Shown: positions 12,400-26,490, numbered from the stretch's first letter. The stretch: 64,000 nucleotides of DNA from Toensbergia leucococca (GCA_022813965.1 JALDZS010000068.1:1-64000), one strand, 5' to 3'. Notes: generated by a model not told the origin, from the letters alone. Program-made: numbers and translations.

Positions 12400-14450
12400 A
12401 CATAGAGATGAGACCTCTTATTTATATGTGTTTCCCGCTAATTCTTACTAATCCGTGAGGTAATCCTGTAGTGAGTCAATTAGACACATTACATTACCTA
12501 CTCTAATATGGCTGCAGGTATAACAGTAAAAGAGATAGCTTTATAATAAAGCTAATTCCTTGACTTTTAGTTTAAATACTATATCTACTATACAGCTATT
12601 AGTTATTTCTTTTATATATATATTCATATTGTCTAGAATCTCTGACTCAACCTCTTATTTAATATAATGTCTGAGTCATTATAATAATAGATAAAAATAA
12701 TAGATAAAAATAATAAATTATTTATAGATAAGTTTACATTTGCGCTAAGGTAAAAGGTAAACAAAACTTAATATAATAACATTATCTTATAATACTGTAT
12801 CAATTATGTCAATGTAATAATTGTAGTTAAAGCAACTTTTTATAGTAATATTAGTTAAAGCAATTTTTTATAGTAATGATAGTGAGTTCACTACAGTGAC
12901 TATAGTAACTACATAGTAAGTATAGTTAAAGCAATTTTTAGGAGTAATAATAGTGAACAAACTTTTTATAGATGTATTTATAATAATTACTATAAGTATT
13001 GTTAATAAATAAACTCAATAATGTGTGTAGAGATAATGTACCTAATATGTTATAATTATTATTGAGAAAAGAAAAGAAAATAATTTAGATTATCTTAAAC
13101 TATTTACTGTTTACTATTTATATTAATAATAATTTAGTCTTATTATTAAGATATATAATTACAATATGTTACATCTGCTATAATATTATTACTAAGATTA
13201 TTTCTGTTTTATCTCTCACATTAATAAATTACTGACTTAATATTAGAAATAAGCATAAGATAAGAATATGCTAAGTATTATTATTAATTTTAACTGTAAT
13301 CAGTTAATTTTCTCTGTGAGTAAATATAATCTCTGCAGTGCTATAACTATAATTGTCTGCAATCAAATATTTACTAAAAAAATCAATAAGCTTATTAATT
13401 TAAAAAATATATTATATCTAACTTTAAGAACTACTTGTCTAAAAATGCTGTGTAAGATACTGTATTTATATTAAGAATTTATCTTCTATATGATTACAAC
13501 CTTCTTTTACTTTACTAAAAAATCAGTGTATAGAAGAGAAGACAATGTTATAATATTAATAACATGCTAACAGATTTAGATTAATGACTTAATATACTAT
13601 TATATTGATATGTATGTGTATTACATATAAATTATCACTATTAAATCACATCTACTCAAGCATTAATAACTCAGTCATATTATACTATAAAGATATTATT
13701 TATAGAATAAAGAATAACTCAATAATAATATAATATAAATATAAGAGTAAGATAGTACTAAGAGTTTAACAGTACTCATATAACTTCTGCATGCTAATCT
13801 CAACCTTATTTTTCTATGCATATATTCTTTTAAATAAATAGAGACTATAACTTTATAATAAAGCTGACTTTTTAACTTTTAGTTTAAATACTATATATAC
13901 TATATAGCTATTAGTTATTTCTTCTATATATGCAGTTATATTGTCTAAAATCCCTGACTTACCCCCTTATTAAATATAATGTCTGAGTCATTACACTAAG
14001 AATATTAAAATAAGGTATAAAAATATTACAAGTATAAAGATAATAAAAGTCTATATTTAATACCATGTATAGCTTAATCTTATTACTGACTTGAGTTAAA
14101 TTATAACACAGAGTTAAGAATTATAAAATTTTCTTAAATAAATTTACTTTTAAATAACACATAATTGAGAATGTAGATACTATGCAAAAGTAATAAGAAA
14201 CTTAGTCAAAATATAATGCAAAATTATAATGTTTCTCTATGCACTCATAAATTGTATTATCTGATCAGATAGTAATAAAGTGTTAGAATATTAAAATAAG
14301 GGTATAGACTTATTAAAATAAGGTGTTAGAATAATGAAACCCTGAGTTGAATCTCTCTCATTAAACTCTCTAAACTAATAAGACTGTCTAGACATTAAGG
14401 TGTAACACATCTCTCTTCTCTCAAAAGACAATGCTTAACTATAAACACTC
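12400..14450. mobile_element. Extremely AT-rich degraded transposon relic(s), including a ~155-bp LTR-like direct repeat (12531-12683 and 13840-13995)
   Basis: Very low GC and TpA-rich. The repeat ctttataataaagct...tataatgtctgagtcatta(t/c)a occurs twice, and the second copy ends in CA. Short tagttaaagcaa.ttttta repeats lie at 12824-12970. Confidence 0.6.
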
Positions 14451-14461
14451 TCTAAACTTGT

Positions 14462-16150
14462 TTAAAGGCATGTGATTCTAACTGAGGCCTTCTTAATGCC
14501 TGCAGCTCTTGCTGCAGCCACTGCAATGTTAGAATCCAGCATTTGCTTCAAAGAATCTGTCGTGTGTTCAATGCCTTTAGCAACACCCAACAAATCTGAG
14601 TTGAAAATAGATGGGCTGCGGCTTGATTTATCTCTTAAAACTGTAACGGCGCTGCGCCCGGAATCATCGCGGTGAGGAACAGCCACGGTGTTGCTTTCAA
14701 TCTGCATCGTGTTAGACTCAGTGAAAAGGTTGTCCTTTTTTGAAGGTGAGTTTGTACTCGTGCTCGAAGAGCAATTTGAAAGTCTGTCAAGGTCCGCGGC
14801 TTTTTCTGAGTTGAATGGCAAGACTGGTGTAGAAGTCACACTGCTGCTTGGAGGGGCCCCATGTCCGCTCTTCATTGCTCTTGTAAGAACTGGAGTATTG
14901 GAGTCGTCTTCTGGGATGAAAGAAAAGCCTTGACGATGCCCGGGATTGCACACAACTTCTGGTCATATTCGATCGTTCTCATTAGAGATGAGATTTGGTG
15001 CTGGCTGCCGCAAAGGGTTTTGCGATGGAAAATGACTCGGCGAACAGAGCACATCTGGCGTCGGTGTATCAGGCAAGGCTTTTCTAATCATATTAGACCC
15101 ACCATGGCATGTGGCAACAAGTATATCTCCTAAGAAAAGGTCTGCAACTTCAGGGAAGATATCCCCTGGTTGGCTGCCCACACGCTTAGCCAGCCACTTG
15201 ATCAGGCGCACGGCAATGTCTAGATCTTTATTCATGTTCATAGGGTTTACACTGGACAGAGAGTCTTGATCTTCCTCGTCAGGAAGTAGGTCGCCTTCAC
15301 TGCTTGACAAATCACTGTCAGTACCAGAAGATGATGATGAAGGTAGCTCAAGATCTTCAATTTTATTCATCAAGATCTTCCTGCTGAGGCGAGCCATGCT
15401 TCGCGACGGAGACGATGGCAGCTGTCCTTTTGAAGCTTTGGTCGATTAGTCAGCATTGATAATATCTATGATACTTTTTCATGACCTACTGCAGGCCATG
15501 GTGCGTTTGTGCTTTGTATTAATGCTCACATCTCCCATGCTCTTTCTAGGACTGAAATCTTGGGAATGACGCTGCAATGGAGCCAACAGATCACCTTTCC
15601 GTTGCATGTCTGCAAGGACAGCCATTCCATGCTTGCATTTAGCTACAATAGCTTCTATGAGTGCAAGATTGAGTTCTAAGCCTTCTTTCCCTTTAATTTG
15701 AGCTGAGGTTGCAGAGGCAAAGTGCTCTTGATCTACTTGTTGATCGCATAGTCGGGTTGCTAGTACCTTTTGGGGGTCATATTTGTTGGCTGTAAGCTAA
15801 CGATGATCTTCCAGTATATGTAAGAGGAAAGTGTTGTACTGTGCTGGTAAGGGCGTTGAAGGGTCTGACAAGATTTGCTTCAAGATGGTGTTGCACATGT
15901 GTTCGGTGTTTGGGTTATAGACTTCATCCTTGCCATTCAGGCTTGACCAGTCAAAGAAGGGCAAGTCAGGCCTCTCAAATGCGGGTAGTGCACGATGAGT
16001 GCTGAGATACGAAGGTAGCCTGATCTTCGGGCGATGACGCCCTTTAGCGACATCAGAGTTGAGCATTGCATGCCTTTCACCAACGGGAAAACGTGCTTGA
16101 ATTTGCCTGACAGGTGGGTCTGTCTGCCGCCGAGGTTGAGAGTTGTTCAT
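14462..16150 (-). pseudogene. Hypothetical fungal gene with in-frame premature stops (probable RIP-leakage pseudogene)
   Basis: ORFs 15797-16150, 14963-15397 and 14462-14953 join into one reading frame through a 54-bp intron (15436-15489, GTAGGT...GCTGAC...AAG). The frame is broken by TAG at 15797-15799 and TGA at 14963-14965. Confidence 0.65.
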
Positions 16151-17255
16151 GAGTAAATCTAGTTGCGGGAGATGAGGTATGCGTATTTCATGAAGAAAAG
16201 AGTGAACAGCTCAGTGTTTCCGGTAATAACTTTGCGAAGTGTGAGATGATTGAAAGTGTACATTGACAGGTCAGAGACATACGCGGGACTTGGCATGCTG
16301 ACCAGGCGCTGATGTGTCAAGTGAGAAAATAGGAATTGAAGTCTTGAATCTACAATGGATCATGATTTCTTGTTAGATTGAAGCCGGTCAACAGAAAAGC
16401 CTATAAGGAGAAGTGTATCTTCAACAACGGTCAATGTACGTGGGTGGGCTTCTGACCGAGCCTCTATGCGTGCATGATGATGAACTACAACGGGGCCACT
16501 GTCAATGTTGATGGGCCAAGACCAGATGTTTGACAGGCATTCTGGACAAGGCTCTCGGTACAGCTGATCTGGCATGCAGTACATCATTTAGCCTTAGCAT
16601 AGAGGTGTACATTTTCAAACAACGATTCAAACCTGGATAGTTGATAAGATGATGTTTTTATTACTTGGCTGTTGTGAGCTTTTGCCAATCATTGATACAC
16701 GCTACTTCGTAACGTAAGCCTAAGCGTATTCTATGCAGGCAGGGATAGCATCGACCATTTGTCACGTCTTCTATCCACCGTTCCATTTTTCCGCCTTTCG
16801 TCTTCCCACCTTCCCATCATCCCACTGCATTTCAGTCTGATCAGCGGCATTCTCAGTCTGTGGGCTACGCTGATATCAGAGCTCGCTGGCTGAGACTTGG
16901 TGAAGTGGACCTCTTTCATCAAGGCACGAATTGCCACCTAAGGTATCGATGCTGAACATAGAACTTGGTGTCTTGCTTATGTTTTTCTATTTTAGTCTCT
17001 ATTTTCCCTTAAGGGGTACCAGCAAGAATCGTAATACACGATCTATGGCTTCTGTGCTTGCTGGAAAACCCAAGTCCCACAACCTAGATGCATTTCGAAT
17101 CATGACTGCTATACCCATCGTGGAAGCTGCTTTGGTAGACGGCTGGAAAAACGATGCTTGATAAGAACGTTCGCAAAGATGCCCACGTATTTATACGACG
17201 GGCTTGCCGTAAGTCGTGGCTGGAAGTATGTAAAATGAGTCTAGCTCATCGTTAT

Positions 17256-19031
17256 TCAAGGGCGTGTTTTGTATCGATATCTTCGAAATGTTACGTGTGA
17301 TTGTCGGGACTTGAAGAGAGGGATATTGCGCTCTCTGTGAGCGCTCATTTGCCGTCTGGAAGAGACTGGCTGTGGATTGCTGCGAGACCTGTGAGTCTGT
17401 AGAATTAACGCGGTTGAGTCGTTCGAAGGGCAGTAGTCCATGTCGTACTTTGTCTTGTGTCTGATTATCGCGTCAATCTGACTTCTATTGGTTTTTTTAC
17501 CCTTGTCGAATTTGGCGTCCTTCTTCTCTTTATGTTTTTCTGGGCCAGAAACGCTGCTTTGCACTTTGGAAACTAGATGATTGCCGTACGGAACAAGCTT
17601 GAAGCTATCGTGGTAGGCGAATGCTGGAGTCGGTAAGCAGTTCGTGGTGTTCGTGCCAAAGACACTTTGTGGCTCCCTAGTCGGAGTATAAGTAAAATGC
17701 CACGGCTGAAACTCTCCAAATTCTGATGACAATGGTGTAGCCCAGATGGACAGGCTTCCTCTACACAGGTGCGCTGTCTTTTCTGCTGAGCCCGGAAACT
17801 TATAAGACCTCGGCGGCTGAGTACCTTGTTCGGGTGTTTGAAGCTGCACTTCTTCCATCCTGGCAAGCTGAGCCTCGACCGATTCGAATGCCTCGGACAA
17901 TGTTGGTGAGCTTGGACAAGTCTGGCAAGGAACAACGGGCTGGGCTAGGCCGCTTTTCTTTGCATAGAAAGGTTGTGTCTCCTCTTCGACGTATGTCTCG
18001 TTCACTCCATGATCCACGTCCATAATGTCTTTCAAGTCCCAACCCTCGGTCCCAGGGCAGAATGATGGGCATTCTTCACATAAACAGTTCTTGGTGGGTT
18101 CGGCCGCGCAGAGAGGAACGCACATACATTCAGGATCGCAGATGCAAGGCTTTTCAGGTCCATTTGGGTCGTTAAGCTTCTTCGCTCGCTCAATCAGGTT
18201 GTACGGACTGACGTATCTCTTGGGCAACTCTTCTTGTTCGATGCCACATGGTGCGATCACATCGCAACGTTTCTTCGTATGAGCATGCTGTAGATCACGT
18301 TTCTGTTTCTTCCGGGCCGCTTCGATTTCTTCATAATAGAGAATTGGTCGGTACTTTTCCGCTAGCTCGGCAAAAATTATTGCAGAAGCTTTGTTGCGTA
18401 CGTCTTGAAAGCCTCTGACCCCCGATTGCGATCGGAATTCCTGCATACATAGGACGTGGCGCAGCTGACGTTCATATTCTGAACCCCGTTGAAGGCAAGG
18501 TACTAAACGCCCGTGGGCCACGAGTTTCTCTTCATACCGAACCTTTCTCAAGACTGCCTCTCCCATCAATTCAATTATTTCTTGGCCGTACAAAAACGAT
18601 TCTTGAGCAATAAGGACATCCTTAAAGTCACCAATCGAGACGGGCCTTAGGTGTTTAAGGTCGTCACTGGTATGTTTGAAGTACCGATCCTCTGGCTTTT
18701 TGAAGTGATTGGTCAGATGCAGGTTGACGCTGCAGAGGAGTTCCTTGACCTTGCCGCAAGTCGCATAGTACAAATCTTCGATGTCTGCAAGATCGCTTTT
18801 TGTGATTTGCGATGGGACCTTCCGAAATATGGATTTGGCCCGGACGATGTAGAATCGTATATCGTTTGGACCACTAGAAACGACCTATCGAGCCTGTTAG
18901 TCGGCTTCGATACCACACTCGAGTAAGCTACATGCCTTTGGATCAATTGCCTTACTTGCTTTATAGAGCTGGCCGGCGATGAATCGTATCTGGTAGGCAA
19001 CCTTTCCTTCCACCTTCGTGATTGCACTCAT
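17256..19031 (-). CDS. Hypothetical protein with Cys-rich cluster (CICDPECMCVPLC...CLCEEC); 5' exon structure uncertain
   Basis: 505-aa ORF that is open upstream to a CTAAC...TAG acceptor (~18886). A candidate GTAAGG donor lies at ~18955 and an ATG at 19031, but the phase is not cleanly resolved. Confidence 0.6.
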
Positions 19032-20394
19032 GAATTGTTCTGCCTCTTTTTGAGGTTAGCTCTGCGGTGTCACAACAATATCGCTTTTGTCGAAGCATAC
19101 CTTCTGCTGTGTAAATTTTCGTTGCCCGATCCGAAATTTGGTCTCCACCAAAAGCCTCCATGACTGTGATGTGTCGATTCTACTCTCCGTGTTCAAGACA
19201 ATTAATGTACTGGCCGAAGACTTGCACAATATCAAGAGCAAAAGTTTGGTGGTTCCAGAGCACTCTATGTTTCGTAAGTGTTGGAAATGAAGGTCTCGAG
19301 CTTAAATTAAAAAAAGGAGGTTGGTTAATTCTGACGGACAGCCTTAGGTAGGGCCCAAGGCACGATCGGACAGGATCTAGTGCCTCCCTGATTCTCGTAA
19401 CCTGAGCTTTCACACATGTACTCTTACAAGGCAATATCGGAAGGTTGTTTTCATCTATTTGGTAAAAAGAGGTGATTGTAATCAAGACGAAAATCAGCCG
19501 CACTCTTGTGGACTTGATTTGTCATTTATTTTCCACAATCACCAGCAAACTGCATTTACGCCTTATGGAATTATAGATACTACTAGAAAATCATTACAGG
19601 AGTAAAATGCCACTGGAATGCTTAGCTTTCTGTTAACGATCCTACCTTTGTTCAAACCCATCGACGTTGAAGAAACACTTTTGTTTGCATGGACAGAGAT
19701 GTTATACACCTCGAGCCTTGAACATACGGAAGATACAGGTTGCTTGAAACTTAGGCTCCCAGGGACTCATCAATACTTGGTGGCCATCCTCAGGAGCACG
19801 TCTGCGGAGAGGTACTCCGCATTTAGTCGATTTTCAAACCCTCGTCTAAAGTCATGGCATAGCATAAAGTACTCTTTGGTCTCTCCACACCAGTCCATTA
19901 TTGTGTTGGTAATAGTAGTGGATATTATGTAAGACCGTTTCTGTCTCGTACGAGTCATCACTAACATGAGAATGAACGTTCCTTGACCGATTTTCTCAAA
20001 ACAGCCTCAACCATGACTCGATAACCTTGGTTTTGTTATATGTATGAGACAAGGTGGTTGAGCCCAGAGTCATGATCCTGGAAAGATGAGCACTACATGG
20101 TTATCCAAGAAGTCATCAAAACCTCAAAGCGCTGTTGCAGCATGGCGAATTATGACCAAAGCCTATTAAGTGGGCTTTGGACATTGTTATCCTAAGAAAT
20201 AAGTAAAAAATGAACACAATAGAGAGCCGTAGCCTCAACGACATGGTTTCATTTGCTTCATCGATTCAAGCACCATCGATCGCCTATTCTCCAGTCTGTA
20301 CTAACCTCTCCGCAACTAATACTATCGCAGATAAAGCCTCAAAGACGCCATCTTTCCATCACCAAGTTTTCGCTACACTTTCGCCTCGAAGCTA

Positions 20395-21366
20395 TTATGC
20401 GTATTCGGGATCAATTTCGATATTCTTCAAGACGTCACTAACGTGGTGAGGGAGGGTTAGGTCGGAGATGTGCCATTTGTTGTCATTCAGTGTTTTCACA
20501 AGGTCGCTGTTAATATTGAGGCATCTGTATAAGGAAAGAACCTGCAAAACTGCGCATCAGCACTCCAGACCACTCCTTGTTTGCATGTCTCGCACCCTCA
20601 AACTGGAGAGGTTTCCAATGTATTGGAGAATTTGATTGTCGATGCCATCCCGTCCACTTTTGGTAAAACACAGAACTTGCATGCCCTTGCCTACACTGCT
20701 CCGGGCAAGAAATTCAAAGATTTCTTGTGTAAGGTTGAAGCACTTCTGCAGCCGCAGATTTATAATCCTTGGATTACTTTCGAGCACCCTTTGTAGCTGG
20801 TAGTCTGTGAGACCTGCACGTTCCAGGTTCAGGCTCCGAAGGCGGCCAAGATCGCTTGTGTTTCCAGTCCTGGAGAATAGGTTATTCCAGATCGTAGAGC
20901 CTGGAGATGTCTCCCAGAACGATCGATCTACGGCCCTGGTGTATGGATGGTCTAGCTTGATGGACAAATGCTGCAGGTTTCTCAACTGAGCGATTGCAAT
21001 GGTGGTATACTCATGCAGCTCCCAAAGAGCCAGTTCCAGGATTCGAAGAGATAGTTGGTATCTCATTAGGACTGCTTGAATCGTTACGTTTTGTTGGCGA
21101 ATTACCATATCTTTTGTCGGTGTCATGCGTTGAGGCAACACTTTCTGTATGGAGTGTTCTAGACCTAGATCTGCGCCCGCCTCTATAAGTGAAATTGTGC
21201 TGCTAAACCTGGACTCTAATACACCGATGTGCAACTTGGAGAAAGAGATGGACTGGAAGGCATGATTCCCCTTGGATGTTGAGCCAAAGGCGAGGAGAGA
21301 CTTGATGGGCAAATACTCAAGTATCTCTCGGGTCAATTCTGGAGGCAACGAAGAGAGCGTAGCCAT
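20395..21366 (-). CDS. F-box / leucine-rich-repeat protein (2 exons)
   Basis: N-terminal LSSLPPELTREILEYLPIKSLLAFGSTSK F-box and LRR-like LRSLNL/LRLQKC segments. An intron at ~20542-20595 joins exon VLSLYRCLNI...EIDPEYA*. Confidence 0.85.
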
Positions 21367-22064
21367 GGCGAAGATGCTGAGATGAAAACAGATATATAAG
21401 AAGAGACCCTTCGAAGTAGTACAATCACAGAATTCGTATGAGATAACTGAGAGAGAATGGGATCTCTGTCTGCTTGTTCACATTCTTCAATTGACCCTAA
21501 GTAACGGGCAACGAGCAGGCAAAAAGATGTACGTTGTGCTTGAGAAATGTCACCCGGAGACACAACACACGCCATCCTCATCGCCGTCTGCCTGCTCGAA
21601 GGGAGGCAAGGTGTATTCGCATCATCAGAAGACCGGGTCATTTATCCGGCTAAATCAACGTAGCACCAAGCCATCATCCGATCTTGTCACTGAAACTCCA
21701 AATCTTCAAAGTGTTCAATGCTACGGATTATTTGTGCCCAGAAAGAAAGCGCCGGCCGTGTTCGCACATGATTGCTGATTTACCTTAGTCATGGGTTCTA
21801 TTCTGACTACGAGTGCTTCGGTCAAGTGACTCAAGTCTCACCCCAAGGAGTACTCGTACACACTCTCTGTCTAATTGCCCTACTATGCCACGGAAAGTAG
21901 GAGTTGTCGGTTGGAGGTGAAATGGAAATGAGGGTAAAATCTAGTGTAGTCTAATGGAAGCTTCAAATGTCTGGGCTTCGCCTAATGATGCAGTCCCGTA
22001 ACATTAATAACTACTACATTAGGGTTAGCTTCAGGCTACCCTACCTTACAGCTACCTGAGCCTA

Positions 22065-22135
22065 CTCCTCCCTCCTCCCTCCTCCCTCCTCCCTCCTCCC
22101 TCCTCCCTCCTCCCTCCTCCCTCTTCCCTCCTCCT
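22065..22135. repeat. Heptamer microsatellite (CTCCTCC)n, ~10 copies
   Basis: Directly visible pure pyrimidine tract. Confidence 0.95.
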
Positions 22136-22401
22136 ACATAACAGCACTCACTCGCTGCATTTCTAGCGGGAGTCTCTCTTCACGGTGGATCTATCTTACT
22201 TGTGCTGGTACTGGAAGCCGAGCATCCTCGGTGCAGTAGACACAGTTCAAAACAGCAGTTACACGACTGTATCTGCTACTAAACAACATGTAATTGTCTT
22301 GCATAAAACACAACTAACAGGCATCATCGGCCTCTGACTTATAATTGTTTCATGATCTACCTTTGTGGTTGATGTTGCTCTATTTGATGTCTTCTCGAGG
22401 T

Positions 22402-25400
22402 TCAGGGAAGCCAAATATCTACCTCGCTGTCCTTTCGTCTCATCGTCTTCCTGAGGAGGGTACCTCTGGCCGTTGCTTGTAACCTAACAACGAAACTATG
22501 CAGCCTATCAATCCTTCTAGCGAGGCAAGCCCTCCAGGCCCTTTGAATAACACCCGCGGCTTGTATCACCCTACTGCGAGTATTGATTACCAATTGACAA
22601 TCATGTGCAATCCTTAGCAACGTGATTCTTTGTCGGACCACTCTGCAATGCTGAAAATGTTGATAGGCTCGCTGAATCACTGCCACTGCTCGGCCCACCC
22701 GAGACGCCCTAAGTAGACGGGAACAAAGGAACGCAAGCGCGGCGATTGTGAAGTCTTGACCAATTAAATGTCCACCTCGATCAGTGGGACTGAAGATCGA
22801 TGCTTTGATGTTTCGCTGTTAGCATACGATGCTGATATCCAGGATATTCACTTACCGAAAGAGATGCTACATCCCGCCCTTCTTAGTTTCGCCTCAAATC
22901 CCCCCTCTTCGTACGTAGTCTTTCCCATGGCTAGACGAGGCCGTGGAAGGTATCTTTCATACTCATCAACGATCTTGGCAAAGACCTGCCCGTCTGCAAA
23001 GGATGTCGTGAGGTTGAGAACTCTGAGGCCATGCGCTGCACCTATGGCTCGGGCCCATCCCCTGAGGAGTATAGTCTGCCGTTGCAGGACTTTAGAAGTC
23101 TCGTGATCATCTTTGTCCCTGTCACAATCCCAATCGTCATCGTTCCTCCGTTCTTTGTTCAGCCTGCAGATTTCTCTTTCCAGCTCCGCCCAATCTATCA
23201 GCATGCTAAATCCCCATTTACTGACGAGGCTCCACAGGAAAATCATGGTCTTTTCGCGGTGGCCGTCAACAATATCCTCAGCCCTCAGGCCATCCAGAAA
23301 CCTATCGATTCCACGAACTGCGTTCAAGGCGCTCAGTGCTATCTGTACATTGTGTATCTTCTGTGTCCTACCGAGACATGGAAATTTCAAATGCTGTGAC
23401 AACACCCGGGATTCAGGATTCTCGGCACAATTGATCAGAAAATTACCTGTAGGTAAGGCGGTGGCGGCAATATCGGCATGGCGAGTATTCTTAGCGGGAG
23501 GATGCAGAAGAAGCTCTACGAGGCGTGTGAGTCGTACCCCATCTCGCAAGTCCGTTGCCAGATTTTCGATACTATATCTGTACTCATCGAGTGGGAACTG
23601 TTCGTAACTCAGATGATAATCCAGGCGAGTCAGATTGCGGCTTAGACCGGTTGCAGATGGCAAAAGCAAAGAGAAAATTCTCAGTAGGACCGCTTGTGAT
23701 GACAGACATGTTGAAGACCCGAGGAACAGATTCCCTTGAACGAGCTTGAGCTCTTTCGCTCTGTCGAGGAGAGATATGATCATCAGACTTCTCAGCATCG
23801 TGCGCCGCCAACGCCATCCATGACATGGAAATTGTGCTGCAGAGGGACCTTGATCTTGTGCGGAGCTAAAATTTCGAATAGACGAAGATCCATGTTCGAA
23901 GAAATCTTCGTTCCGAAGGAGACAAGCGTCGATGAACGCCTCTAATTGTTGCCTGAACCCTCTTGGCTGCTGGCCTCCTTTCCGTCGCTTGGCTGCTGTG
24001 GGAGTTGAGCATCCTGGAATCTCACGGCCTATAACTACCTCTGCTGCTGCTCTTAGTATAGATAAGTCGTAGCTCTTCGTCCATGTGTCAATGAACTGCT
24101 GCCGGAGCCCTACATCGGTTCTCAATCGCGAGCTCTCTGGGATGGCGTCACTTGGAATGTTCAACGCGCCATACAAAAGAGAGGCTTGGATTCTTTTGTA
24201 TTGCGTTAACATTGAAGGCTCCTGGTAAATTTGCAGAAGGCCTTGTCTCAACTCCCTGTGATCTACCTTTTTGCATGGATCCTTCGCCTCAGCGATAAGA
24301 AATAACCTGTTGATTAACTGTGTGATTACTATTTCTTGGTCGCCTAGCCAATTGTCTTCAAACATCTCGATTTGAGCTAAATCATTCCGGAGCAAAGTGT
24401 ATTTAGCCATGAATTGGGGTTCTGCAGAAGGGAAAGCGAATCCTTCACGTTCCGTGGGTGACTTGAAGTGGATATCCTCGAGCAAAGTATGATCTAGCAC
24501 TTTCAGGAGAGCCTTGGAAAAATCAGTATTTGTAGTTTGTCCAGCAATACATCGAGAGGCCCCATCTTTAAACATAGACGTCGATTCACTGAACACTTGA
24601 ACAGGCTCAGCTGCGCTTGACTGATCAATAAGGGGCGTTTTGGCCGTATTTCGAGCCTTTGAGAACTGCGAATGCAAAGAGACAATCCTTTCATCCAAGG
24701 CAGATCTAGGATCATTTGCTCTGTATTCTGGGTGACTCATGACGCCAGGGTCCTTATGCTTCCAGATCCTAGATGTATTGCTACATCCGGGAGGGATGTT
24801 TTCTTTTCCAATGCCCCTTCTGGGTCGAAATGGCGATTTATCTGCTTCTTGCACCACCCTGAGTGTTGGCTGCAGTGGGACGCGTTTTGGTGCTGCCGTG
24901 CGTGACCTTCGTGCAATTTTTCGTGCTTGTGGAAGGGCAGCATTCGCTGACTCCAACTGCTGTGTGGTGGTATTCCGAACAAAACAACTCTCTGAAACAC
25001 TTGTGCTAGAATGTAGCCCAGGATGGATTGTTAGAATGCTTGTGTCTTCAGAGGGGACAAATATTGTCCTTCGTCGGGGTAGTTTGCGAAATCGGACAGC
25101 CTTTGGTCCAGGGTCGGCTTCAAAACTTCTCGGATCTCTCATACCGTGGTCAGATTCAGGGAGCTTCACCTCACGACAGGAAGAGGTGTGACATTCATTT
25201 GGTAAAGTTTTCCGACCCCCAAAGTTGGCGGTACTTCGCGCTTGAAGTGGTGTTGAGGATGGCGCTTTCCGCCCTGCATGATCCAACCTGCTTGTTAACC
25301 TACCGCTGGCCTTGCGCTTGTCTTCTCTCCCTTCTAAATTAACGTTGACATTCAATATCTCCGTCTCCACATGATCCTCATACATCCTAGGTTGAGCCAT

Positions 25401-25613
25401 TCGTCGTAACGTTCTCCTTCTCCGAGGAGCCGCTTCTCTCAGCATTGCTTGTAAGTCTAGCTTGGCATGACCCCTTTCTGCAGTTCCATGCTGAACCTCA
25501 AGCTCGTCAATGACACCCCCTTTGCGCCCGAGTAACATTGGCGCACCGGAACGGAGCAGCTGTGAGGAAGTCTCGTGTACGGCGAAAGGCGTCATTTCTA
25601 GACCTTCTAACAT
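22402..25613 (-). CDS. ASPM/abnormal-spindle-like calponin-homology + IQ calmodulin-binding protein (Sha1-like), 2 exons
   Basis: CH-domain motifs NLATDLRDGVRLTRLVELL, QKIHNVQIALSAL and AEDIVDGHREKT. A GTAAGT...GCTAAC...AAG intron lies at ~22804-22855. The last exon has IQ motifs IQRAYQ, IQRAWR and LQATARG. Confidence 0.88.
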
Positions 25614-26490
25614 TTGAAAGGTGTGGAATTCATGCTAGTCTGTCATGAGCTTGATGTTGATGTGTTTGTTGACATTAAAATAGCGATAGCATACAATACT
25701 AGAATAAATAAAGCGTTGCTGTGGTGACAACTCATCTGTTGGTACTCTATCTTTGGGTCTTCGTACGATTCAGCCAACATTTCTCAAAATCAAATTCGTG
25801 GAGACAAGTCGATTGTGATCGTAGTGAATGGATAGCATTGAACTGCATCTTGATTAAGGATTCAATATATGGCATATAGATCGTCTCGCAATAAGACATG
25901 CATTTTGAAAAGAGTGATGTGACATCCATCACGTCAATAAAGCTCATTACTTGCTGAAACCACAATTGCCACTGTCTCAAAGCCTGCGCTCGTCTTCAAA
26001 TGAGTACTGTGAAAGAAACTACCTGAGCCAATATTGCAAAGTGCATCGGCTCTATGGTCATCCGTTACGCACACATTCATTACGCCAACAGCCAAGCGTC
26101 TTCTACCAAGAGATTGGTTAAAGATACGTTTCTACCTAGCTGATCCAAGAACTACAGTACATTCCAGAGTGAGCATACGAGCGACAGTTTCTCAAGATCA
26201 CAAGCTTGGACAGACGGAACAGACGGCCATCATGAATTTCTAAAGCAGCCTAAATTGAACATTGGAAAAACAGAACAGTTTCAATATCTCACTAAGATTC
26301 TCATATTGGATATGATGTTGCAACATTGCCCGAGGGAAAAAACAACACGTTATTGGGTTCAGGATGGTGATCGGGTATTAGGAGAGTCCATCAAGGAGGT
26401 ATGGTGGGGATCGATCCATGCTGATCGGGCGCAAAGAACATAGCTTTAACCCTGACAAGTTAGTAGGTATGCCTAGTCAATGACTTTGTC

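Noticed and set aside
22018..22028. Telomere-like TTAGGGTTAG
   Set aside because: Fewer than two units; expected by chance and not an interstitial telomere array.
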